DNA of 64,000 nt from positions 496,001 to 560,000 of the forward strand of contig CM059432.1 in the NCBI GenBank assembly GCA_030390025.1. The letters run 5' to 3'. The translations under genes were made by a program, and so were the position numbers. Numbering within the stretch: position 1 is the first letter of the stretch; each line of letters starts with the position of its first letter. Positions 1 through 10,700 of this stretch are shown one piece after another. Source of the stretch: Squalus acanthias (lineage: Eukaryota). The notes under the pieces are model-generated. The model saw only the letters and a list, made by a program, of their open reading frames with translations. It was not told the DNA's origin and made no database searches.

Positions 1-572
1 TGACCGCCTGCCTCCAACCGCCCCGCCCCCACACTCCCGCCATTGGTCACCAGACACGTCCATCCACACGGCCCACCTTCCAACGGCCAATTGGAAAGCG
101 ACAAGACTCTTCATTGCCCAATTGGATGGTTCTTGGCCGTCAGCCAAAACGCCCTTTTTCCCCCATCTCCAATATTTTTAGAACTAGTGTTCAAAGAAAA
201 TGAAGAAGGCGCTTTTTTATTATTTCAATGCCCCTCTGATTTTTCTCCGGGGTTTGCTCACAGCAGTGTCCGTTCCCGGAGGGCCCAGGCCAATTCCCGG
301 AGCGTTGGCCACTGCAGTGGTGTGGTGTGCATTTACACACTCCAGCACTGAGGCTTCAAATGGGAATGATTTAAAATGGTTAATTTTACCCTGTCCAATG
401 GTCATGATGCAACTGTGCTGCAGAAATTGGTAGTAATCCTAAAACCTCGTTTGCCCCACAATAGCGGACTATTAAAATTGCACGGCCACCTCTGATCAGT
501 TCCATGTATCTCGCAACTTGCATCCCTCTTCCAACTCCACTGCCTTCTGCATTCGTACCTGGCAAAAGCTCT

Positions 573-573
<1 letters not shown>

Positions 574-631
<58 letters not shown>
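574..631. repeat. Poly-C tract (58 nt)
   Basis: Uninterrupted C run. Confidence 0.95.
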
Positions 632-633
<2 letters not shown>

Positions 634-2095
634 GTCATGTACAATGGCCCTTTCAAAACGCCCAACGGCCTAGACTTTGGCCCTCATTTCGCCACTATAT
701 TTCTGCAGCTATTGATCTGTTCAATTACACCCTCACCTTTAATGCCCCAGCCCCCAGTAATACTCTTAACTCTCTTCTTATCCTGGCCTTTCCCCGGTAC
801 AGGCCCCCATACTCGCCCCTTTAAATCCAAGGGGTGCAAACTTGAACATTGAACAATTTAGCCATTCATCGCCAGATCTGGCTGGACCACATCAAGCACT
901 CTTGGGACCTGCTCACTACCCAGGATTATCCTGGAATGCAAAGATAAACCCTGGTTTCTCTTCTCCCCAACCAACCAACCGCCTCCTTTAGCCCCTGTCT
1001 CCTCCACCCTCACCTCCAACGAGTTTGAGCTCATGGACTTCTTTGTCACTGAGATCAAGAGCATCCAATCAGCTGCCTCTGCCGCTTCCCTCCCTTCCCC
1101 TAGCCCACCAGGCCGAGGCTCCCTTCCCCTAGCCCACCAGGCCGAGGTTCGGTCCTCTCCTCTCGCTCATCTTCCTCTAGTTTCTCTCCTATCTCCACTC
1201 ATGCCGCCTCCTGCTCTTTCAACCAAAGTCCCACTAAACCTCTGACCACCCAACTTCCATTCCTGGCCCCCATACTAGCTGATGCTGTAAATGGTTCTCT
1301 CTCCTCCGGTACTGTCCCTCTCCATTTCAGATCTGCAGTCATCCCATGTCCCCGTCCCCTCTTTACAAAATCCACCTTTGACCTCGCTGTCCTTGCAAAC
1401 TACCGCCCCATCTCCAACCTCCCTTTCATTCCATTCCCAAAGTCCATGAACGTGTTGTCGCTTCCCAAATCCATGCCTATCTTTCCCGCAGCTCCAAGTT
1501 TGAATCTCTCCAATCAGGTTTCCGCCCCTGCCGCCATACTGAAATGGCTCTCGTCAAAGTCACAAATGACATCCTATGTGACTGTGACGGTGGTAAACTA
1601 GCCTTCCTTGTCCCTCTCGACCTGTCTGCAGCCTTTGACACGATTGACCACGTCACCTTCCTCCAGCGTTTCCCCTTTGTGGTGGGGCTGCTGGGTGGGA
1701 TTGCCCTCGCCTAGTTCCAGTCATAGCCAGAGAATCTCCTGCAATGACATCTCTCCCTGCCCCTGCACCATTGCCTCTGGAGTCCCCCAAGGATCTATCC
1801 TCAGCCCCCTCCTATTTCTCATCTACATACTGCCCCTCGGCGACATCATCTGAAGACATCAGATTACACATGTACAATAACAACACCTAGCTCTACCTCA
1901 CCACCACCACTTTCGACCCCTCCACTGCCTCTGTTGTCAGCCTGCATGTCGGACACCCAGTCCTGGGTGAGCTGCGATTTCCTCCCAACTAAATATTGGG
2001 AAGACCAAAGACATTGTCTTCGGCCCCTGCCACAAACTCCGTTCCCTTCCCACCAGTTCCATCCCTCTCCCTGGCCGCTGTCTCAGGCTGAACCA

Positions 2096-2460
2096 TCCTC
2101 GGGCTGTACCATTGACAGGGTAGATGCAGGGAGGATGTTTCCCCTGGCTGGAGAGTCTAGAACCAGGGGTCACAGTCTCAGAATAAGGGGTCGGCCATTT
2201 AGGACTGATGAGAAATTTTTTCACTCGGAGGGTGGTGAATCTTTGGAATTCTCTACCCCAGAGGGCTGTGGAGACTCAGTCGTTGAGTATATTCAAGACA
2301 GAGATCGATAGATCTTTGAATATTAAGGTAATCAAGGGATATGGGGATAGTGCAGGAAAGTGGAGATGAGGTAGAAGATCAGCCATGATCTTATTGAATG
2401 GCGGAGCAGGCTCGAAGGGCCAAATGGCCGACTCCTGCTCCTATTTCTTATGTTATGTTA
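2096..2460 (+). mobile_element. CR1 LINE 3' fragment
   Basis: [26 protein letters not shown]; tail ending cttatgttatgtt. Confidence 0.85.
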
Positions 2461-2865
2461 ATCCTGTTCGCAACCTCGGCATCCTATTTGACCCTGAGCT
2501 GAGCTTCCGACCCCATATACTCTCCTTCAAAAAGAGAGCCTATTTCCACCTGCGTAACGTCGCCCGTCACTGCCCCTGCCTCAGCTTATCTGCTGCAGAA
2601 ACTCTCATCCGTGCCTTTGTTACTTCCAGAATCCACTATTCCAATGCTCTCCTAGCCGGCCTCCCATCTTCCACCCTCCTCCAAAACTCTACTGCCCCGT
2701 ATCCTAACTCGCACCAAGTCCCGTTCACCCATCACCTCTGTGCTCACTGACCTACATTGGCTCCTGGTCCACCAACGCCTTGATTTTAAAATTCTCATCC
2801 CTGTCTTCAAATCCTTCCATGGCCTCGCCCCTCCCTATCTCTGTAACCTCCTCCTGCCCTACAGC

Positions 2866-2998
2866 CAATGTTCCCGATAAGCTACGTGGCCACGCAGCGC
2901 TCTGGAGCTCCCGCGTAACCGCTTTTAAATTGGAAAACCGCGCACGCACGGTATTTTGAATAGGCCGCGCAGCCCCTCAAAAAATTAAAGGGACCATT
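2866..2998. mobile_element. hAT-type MITE (CAATGTTCCC TIR family)
   Basis: Left TIR caatgttccc; right end gggaccatt split from its final bases by the CR1 insertion; flanks cctacagc (2858-2865) and cctacaac (4257-4264). Confidence 0.75.
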
Positions 2999-4251
2999 AG
3001 AATCATAGAATAGTTACAGCACGGAAGAAGGCCATTCGGTCTGTCGAGCCCGTGCCGGCTCTCTGCAAGAGCACTTCAGCTAGTCCCACTCCCCCGCCCT
3101 TTCCTTCCAGTATTTATCTAACTCCCTTTTGAAAGCCATGATTGAATCTGCCTCCACCACCCTTTCAGGCAGCGCATTCCAGATCTTAACCACTCGCTGC
3201 GTAAAGAAGTTTTTTCTTATGTCGCCTGTGTCCTCTGGTTCTCGACCCTTCTGCCAATGGGAACAGTTTCTCTCGATCTACTCTGTCCAGACCCCTCATG
3301 ATTTTGAACACCTCGATCAAATCTCCTCTCAACCTTCTCTGCTCCAAGGAGAACATCCCCAGCTTCTCCAGTCTATCAACGTAACTGAAGTCCATCATTC
3401 CTGGAACAATTCTCGTAAATCTTTTCTGCACCCTCTCTAAGGTCTTCACATCCTTCCTAAAGTGTGGTGCCCAGAATTGGACACAGTACTCCAGTTGGGG
3501 CCGAACCAGAGTTTTATACAGGTTCATCATAATTTCCACACTTTTGTGCTCTATACCTCTATTTATGAAGCCCAGGATACTGTAAGCTTTTTTAACCGCT
3601 TTCTCAACCTGCCCTGCCACCTTCAACAATTTGTGCACATATACCCCCAGGTGTCTCTGTTCGTGCACCCCCTTCAGGATTGTACCCTTTAGTTTATATG
3701 TCCTCTCCTCATTCTTTCTACCAAAATGTATCACTTCACACTTTTCTGCATTAAATTTCATCTGCCACGTGTCTGCCCATTTCACCAGTTTGTCTATGTC
3801 TTCCTGAAGTCTATCACTCTCCTTCTCACTGTTCACTATACTTCCAAGTTTTGTTTCATCTGCACATTTTAAAATTGTGCCCTGTACACCCACATCCAAG
3901 TCATTAATATATATCAAGAAAAGCAGTGGTCCTAGAACCGACCCCTGGGGAACACCACTGTATACCTTCCTCCAGTCCGAAAAACAACCGTTCACCACTA
4001 CTCTCTGTTTCCTATCACTTAGCCAATTCCGTATCCATGCTGCCACTGTCCCTTTTATTCCATGGGCTTCAACTTTGCTGGCAAGCCTATTACGTGGCAC
4101 TTTGTCGATCGCCTTTTGGAAATCCATGTACACCACGTCAACCGCATTGCCCTCCTCAACCCTCTCTGTTACCTCATCAAAGAACTCAATCAAGTTAGTT
4201 AAACACGATTTGCCTTTAACAAATCTATGCTGGCTTTCCTTAATTAATCCA
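2999..4251 (-). mobile_element. CR1 LINE, 5'-truncated, RT domain ORF (3186-4385 track)
   Basis: [54 protein letters not shown]; tail ctattctatgattct. Confidence 0.92.
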
Positions 4252-4628
4252 CATTGCCTACAACCCTCCGAGATCTCTGCACTCCTCCAATTCTGGCCTC
4301 TTGCGAATCCCCCCTCTCCCTTCGCCGCACCATTGCTGGCTGTGCCTTCAGCTCTGGGCCTCGGCTCTGGACCCTCCCTAAACACGTTCGCTCCTGCACC
4401 TCTCTCTATTTTAAGACCCTCCTTAAAACCTACCTATTTAACCAACCTTCTAGTCACCCATCCTAATATCTCCTTTTTTGTCTCAGTGTCAGAATTTGTC
4501 TGATTATGCTCCTGTGAAACGCCTTGGGCCGTTATGCTACGTTAGATGCTGTATAAAATGCAGTGTGTTATAAATTTTGTAAGTTGATTACATTCAGTGG
4601 GAGAAAATTCAATACCTCTTGTGTGCAG

Positions 4629-4771
4629 TATCGATACAGCAGCTCTCATGGGAGAGGGGACGGAAACCTCCAGTGATCTCCTGTTAGCCCAAATGCTGCA
4701 GATGGAATTTGACCGAGAATATGACGCACAACTTCGCCGGGAAGAAAATAAACTGAATGGCGACAGCAAAG
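4629..4771 (+). CDS. RIOK3: RIOK3 coding exon (approx. exon 3): [47 protein letters not shown]
   Basis: Acceptor cttgtgtgcag, donor G|gtacga. An alternative acceptor at 4597 is possible but has a different phase. Confidence 0.88.
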
Positions 4772-7700
4772 GTACGAGTAAAAGTACTCGCAGTCTTCAG
4801 TGTGTCGGCCTGTGTCTCGGGTGTGGATTCAGTGTCGGCCTGTGTCTCGGGTGTGGATTCAGTGTCTGCCTGTGTCTCTGGTGTGGATTCGGTGTCTGCC
4901 TGTGTCTCTGGTGTGGATTCAGTGTCTGCCTGTGTCTCGGGTGTGGATTCAGTGTCTGCCTGTGTCTCTGGTGTGGATTCAGTGTCGGCCTGTGTCTCGG
5001 GTGTGGATTCAGTGTCGGCCTGTGTCTCGGGTGTGGATTCAGTGTCTGCCTGTGTCTCTGGTGTGGATTCAGTGTCTGCCTGTGTCTCTGGTGTGGATTC
5101 AGTGTCTGCCTGTGTCTCTGGTGTGGATTCAGTGTCTGCCTGTGTCTCGGGTGTGGATTCAGTGTCTGCCTGTGTCTCTGGTGTGGATTCAGTGTCTGCC
5201 TGTGTCTCTGGTGTGGATTCAGTGTCTGCCTGTGTCTCTGGTGTGGATTCAGTGTCTGCCTGTGTCTCTGGTGTGGATTCAGTGTCTGCCTGTGTCTCGG
5301 GTGTGGATTCAGTGTCTGCCTGTGTCTCTGGTGTGGATTCAGTGTCTGCCTGTGTCTCTGGTGTGGATTCGGTGTCTGCCTGTGTCTCGGGTGTGGATTC
5401 AGTGTCTGCCTGTGTCTCTGGTGTGGATTCAGTGTCTGCCTGTGTCTCGGGTGTGGATTCAGTGTCTGCCTGTGGATTCGGTGTCTGCCTGTGTCTCGGG
5501 TGTGGATTCAGTGTCTGCCTGTGTCTCTGGTGTGGATTCAGTGTCTGCCTGTGTCTCGGGTGTGGATTCAGTGTCTGCCTGTGTCTCGGGTGTGGATTCA
5601 GTGTCTGCCTGTGTCTCTGGTGTGGATTCGGTGTCTGCCTGTGTCTCGGGTGTGGATTCAGTGTCTGCCTGTGTCTCGGGTGTGGATTCGGTGTCTGCCT
5701 GTGTCACGGGCGTAGATCAGCGATCATTTTGGCATTTGCTAACAGCAGCTGAAGCCTTAAAGTGAATTACATCAAGTCTACAGCACAGAAACAGGCCATT
5801 CAGCCCGACTGGTCTGTGTCGGTGTTTATGCTCCACATGAGCCTCCTCCTACCCTACTTCATCTCACCCTATCAGCATATCCTTCTATTCCCTTCTCCCT
5901 CATGTGTTTATCCAGCTTCCCCCTTAAATGCATCGATGCTATTCGCCTCAACCACTCCCTGTGGTAGCGAGTTCCACATTCTCACCACTCTCTGGGTAAA
6001 GAAGTTTCTCCTGAATTCCCTATTGGATTTATTAGTGACTATCTTGTGTATACGGCTCCTAGTTTTTGACTCCCCGCCCCCCTCCCCACGAGTGGAAACA
6101 TCTTCCCATATTTTATTTTTCCGTAAGCCTTTGTGATCCACAATGGGATGTTTTTCGACATGAAAGGCACTCAATAAATGCTTAATGTGTTTTTTAATAC
6201 AATAAATTACAGCCTATTTATCCAAATTATAAGGTTTCAGACTACAAGAATTTAAGTTTGAATGTAGGTAGATTGTTGGCGTTTTAAAATTTGTTCCTGG
6301 GATGTGGGCGTCGCTGGCGAGGCCAGCATTTATTGCCCTTGAGAAAGTGGTGGTGAGCCGCTGCCTTGAACCGCTGCAGTCCATGTGGTGAAGGTGCTCC
6401 CACAGTGCTGCTAGGGAGGGAGTTCCAGGATTTTGACCCAGCGACGATGAGGGAACGGCAATATATTTCCAAGTCAGGATGGTGTGTGACTTGGAGGGGA
6501 ACTTGGAGGTGGTGGTGTTCCCATGCGCCTGCTGCCCTTGTCCTTCTAGGTGGTAGAGGTCGCGGGTTTGGGAGGTGCTGCCGAAGAAGGCTTAAACACT
6601 ATACATTTAAAAGAAAATCTACATGTAATCTCATTTAGAAGATCATAACTCGCAGCGTAAAGTCTCTTGAGTGTGACTTGAGCCCACGACCTTCTGACTC
6701 CGAGGCGCGAGTGCTCCCACTGCTGACGCTCACTTTTGCCATCTCAGCATGGCAGTCAAAACAAGGAACTGAAGTAGCCTGCGGTTCCAAGTTAACATTT
6801 CAGGTCAGGGTTCTGATGAAAGGCCATCGACCTGAAACGTTAACTCTGTTTATCTCTCTCCACAGATGCTGCCTGTTTATCTCTCTCCACAGATGCTGCC
6901 TGACCTGCTGAGTATTTCCAGCGTTTTGTGGTCAGAATGTGGAACTCGCTACCACATGGAGTGATTGAGGCAAATAGCACAGATGCCTTTAAGGGGAAGC
7001 TAGATAAGTACCATGAGGAAGAAAGGAACAGAAGGAAACATAGAAACTAGGAGCAGGAGTAGGCCATTCGGCCCGTCGAGCCTGCTCCACCATTCAATAC
7101 GATCATGGCTGATCATCTAAATCCAGTACCCTGTCCCTGCTTTCTCACACAGAATCCCCACATCGAGACTGCACCTATCCCACCCTATCCCCGTAACCCC
7201 ACGTATTTAATTCCCCCTAACATATCCCATCCTATCCCCATAACCCCACATATTTCATCCCCCCTAACACTAAGGGTCAATTTATCATAGCCAAATCAAC
7301 CTAACCTGCACATTTTTGGACTGTGGGAGGAAACCGGAGCACCCGGAGAAAACCCACGCAGACACGGGGAGAATGTGCAAACTCCACACAGAGCACACAG
7401 TCACCCGAGGTCAGATTCGAACCCGGGTCCCTGGCGCTGTGAGACACCAGTGCTAACCACTATGCCACCGTGTTGCTGATGGGGTGAGAGATGAAAGAGG
7501 GTGGGAGGAGGCTCGTGTGGAGCACAAACCGCACGGACCTGTTGGGCCGAATGGCCTGTTTCTGTGCTGTAGACTCGATGTAATGCAATGACCGTCTTCC
7601 CCATTATAGATGGACCTGTTTTCTCTTTACAGATACTGACAGAACTCTTAATATTAATTTTGATTCCAGCATTTTCTTAGCTTATTATCTTGCAGGAAGG

Positions 7701-10700
7701 TGTCATTTGCAATCCTGAAGCAGCATTTCAAATATTGAATAAATGATGTCTGCCATTATGGCAGCTAAGTTTTACAGTATGACTCTTTGGGTGACCAGAG
7801 GAATGTGGTTTATTGTAACTCTGTATTAATATTGTTTTACAAAGTTCCAGCAAGTATTACTAATGTCCTGTAAAGAAATTGAGACCATTTAGTTCCCTTA
7901 GAAAATGTGGACCATGTCCGGGGTTGGAATTCCAATTCATGTGCTCCATTGAAGCACTGAGCTGGGTTATCTTGGATTGATTCCTGGCTTTAATAGGCTT
8001 TTTTAAAAATTCACTCATGGGATGTAGGCGTTGTGGCAAAGCCAGCATTTATTGCCCATCCCTAATTGTCCTTGAGAAGGTGGTGGTGAGCCGCCGCCTT
8101 GAACCACTGCAGTCCGTGTGGTGAAGGTGCTCCCACAGTGCTGTTAGGGAGGGAGAGAGTTCCAGGATTTTGACGTAGCAACTATGAAGGATCGGCGATA
8201 TATTTCCAAGTCAGGGTGGTGTGTGACTTGGAGGGGAACTAGGAGGTGATGGTGTTCCCATGCGCCTGCTACCCTTGTCCTTCTAGATGGCAGAGGTCAC
8301 GGGTTTGGGAGATGCTGCCGAAGAAGCTTTGGTGAGTTGCTGCAGTGCATCTTGTAGATGGTACACACTGCAGCCACGGTACGCCGGTGGTGGAGGGAGT
8401 GAATGTTTAAGGTGGTGGATGGGGTGCCAATCAAGGGGCTGCTTTGTCCTGGATGGTGTCGAGCTGCTTCAGTGTTGTTGGAGCTGCACTCATCCAGGCA
8501 AGTGGAGAGTGTTCCATCACACAAAAAGAAAATACTGCAGATGCTGGAAATCTGAAATAAAAACAGAAAATGCTGGCGATACTCAGCAGGTCAGGCAGCA
8601 TCTGTGAAGAGAGAAACAGAGTTAATGTTTCAGGTCGATGACCTTTCGTCAGAACTGCAAAAAAGCAGGAAATGGAACAGATTTTTAAGCAAGTGTAGGG
8701 GTGTGGGAAATGGGGGAGGGGATGAAAGAACAAAAGGGAAGGTCTGTGATAGGATGGAAGGCAGGAGAGGTTGAGAGACATTAAGAGATAGTCAAGGCAA
8801 AAGGAGATGGTAATGGGACAGGTTAAGAAACAAAGGATAGCTCTAGATGAAGTGTAAATTGCGCTGGCAGAATGAAAGACAGCTGCCATGTGGGAGAGAA
8901 GAAAAGACACAAACAAAAAGTGTGGATAAAAAAAAATATATATGATAGGGGCCGAGGTTATGATCTGAAATTGTTGAACTCTATGTTGAGTCCAGAAGGC
9001 TGTAAAGGGGAGACCAAATGCAGATTGGGTGACCGCTTTGCGGAACGCCTCCGTTCAGTCCGTAAGGGGGACCCCGAGCTCCCGGTGGCCTGTCACTTTA
9101 ATTCTCCGCTCCACTCCCACTCAGACCTCACCGTCCTCGGCCTCTTGCATTGTTCCACGGAAGCTCAGCGTAAGCTCGAGGAACAGCACCTCATCTTTCG
9201 ATTAGGCACTTTACAGCCTTCTGGACTCAACATAGAGTTCAACAATTTCAGATCATAACCTCGGCCCCTATCACATTTTTTTATCCACACTTTTTGTTTG
9301 TGTCTGTTCTTCTCTCCCACATGGCAGCTGTCTTTCATTCTGCCAGCGCAATTCACACTTCATCCAGAGCCATCCTTTGTTCCTTAACCTGTCCCATTAC
9401 CATCTCCTTTTGCCTTGAATATCTCTTAATGTCTCTTAACTTCTCCTGCCTTCTATCCTATCACAGACCTTCCCTTTTGTTCTTTCATCCCCTCCCCCAT
9501 TTCCCACGCCCCTACACTTGCTTAAAAATCTGTTCCATTTCCTGTTTTTTTCCAGTTCTGACGAAAGGTCATCGACCTGAAACGTTAACTCTGTTTCTCT
9601 CTTCACAGATGCTGCCTGACCTGCTGAGTATCTCCAGCATTTACTGTTTTTGTTTTAGTATTCCATCACACTCCTGACTTGTGCCTTGTAGATGGTGGAG
9701 AGGCTTTGGGGAGTCAGGAGGTGAGACACTCGCCGTGAAATACTTCAGTACAATTACTGCTTGGAGTAACAAAACAGCCCCTGCAAATAAGACAACTGCC
9801 CTAAACGTATAGCGACAGAAATACTAAATTATTTAACATATATAAAATCGAAGTGAGTATTGACACCACTGTGTCAGCCAGTGAGTTGGAGGCGGGGCAG
9901 GACTTACGGCAGGACTCACAGCAAACAGTCTATTTAAGCAGAGTCTCTACGAACTGCAGCAAACAGAACTCATGACCCAAACTACAGCAAATCTCCTGAT
10001 AAAAGCGGGCTGATTTCTCCAGCAAAATACAGTGAGTGGAGGATGGTAATATAATACAAATGATGTGTGTAAAATCAGTCCCAGTCACCTTACAGCAGTG
10101 CGGCGTCCAGGCATGATTGACGGGGGAGTTACCCAATCATCTCCATTCTGCCCAGGACTTGTCACTGTTTGCAGCTATATAAAATATACAATGTATTATC
10201 GTTCGCTTTCTCTCTCTTTCCACTCAGTTTCTATTTCCTATGAGAATTACCGAATGGTGCATCCTTTTGAAGACAGTGAAAGCTCGGAGGATGAAGTTGA
10301 TTGGCAGGATACACGGCACGATCCCTATGGACCTGGTAATGTCTAACTTGATGCGACTGAGCTAACCGGATGTTTCCAAGCACGTTCGTTTAGTCCTGGC
10401 CTTCTGTGCTCTTTATGCATGAGCTGATTATTAAAGAAGACCAAGTCATCTCCACCTTGTTACTTGAAAAACGCTTATAATTGCTTGTGTATATTCAGAA
10501 AATCATAACTGTCTGGGTTTGATGGGAAGGAGAGAAAAATAGAGAATTATAAAATTTTACAGCAGCGAGTGAGGCCATTTTGCCCCATCACGGGCTAGTA
10601 ATCTAGAGGCCTGGAGTAATAATCATGAGAACATGAGTTCAAATCCCATCGTGACACTTTGATCATTTCAGTTCAGTTTTTTTATATTTAAAAAGAGAAG

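Larger units (their letters stand above)
850..4570 (+). mobile_element. Degenerate L2-clade LINE (RT remnant to 3' tail), interrupted by CR1 (about 2096-2460), a MITE (2866-2998) and CR1 (2999-4251)
   Basis: [43 protein letters not shown] and [23 protein letters not shown] fragments; 3' tail ...gctcctgtgaaacgccttggg...gctgtataaaatgc. Confidence 0.85.
6763..7583 (+). mobile_element. Chimeric hammerhead/Penelope-fragment + CR1-tail element, copy A (interrupted at about 7036-7472)
   Basis: Colinear with 48916-49276 including the Penelope/CR1 junction. Confidence 0.65.
8523..9656 (+). mobile_element. Penelope-like element fragment: GIY-YIG C-terminus with inverted pseudo-LTRs and 15-bp TSD
   Basis: [18 protein letters not shown]...PVACHFNS..H...[21 protein letters not shown]; arms about 8560-9007 and 9209-9655 are inverted; TSD agt(g/a)ttccatcacac at 8508-8522 and 9657-9671. 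Confidence 0.9.
8005..9745 (-). mobile_element. CR1-group family B 3' portion, split by a Penelope insertion
   Basis: [28 protein letters not shown]; the host sequence resumes at 9657. Confidence 0.85.

Noticed and set aside
195..248. Box C/D snoRNA (ATGAAGA...CTGA with short terminal stem)
   Set aside because: Imperfect C box, only about 42 nt between boxes, no recognisable guide
402..824. Poly-Gly and poly-Pro ORFs
   Set aside because: Artefact of the poly-C tract
3186..4385. 399-aa intact RT protein
   Set aside because: Chimeric frame (antisense L2 plus truncated CR1); catalytic motif degenerate (CADE)
4797..5707. CRISPR-like periodic array
   Set aside because: Head-to-tail repeats without unique spacers, vertebrate DNA, no cas genes; the same applies to the 33-bp arrays
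4597..5765. Three overlapping 320-370-aa ORFs (Cys-rich or [10 protein letters not shown] repeats)
   Set aside because: Read-through of a 30-bp minisatellite; only 4629-4771 is a real exon
7400..7472. tRNA genes (also 13310-13380, 30843-30910, 46820-46899)
   Set aside because: A/B boxes are present but run directly into SINE bodies, with no cloverleaf 3' half or terminator
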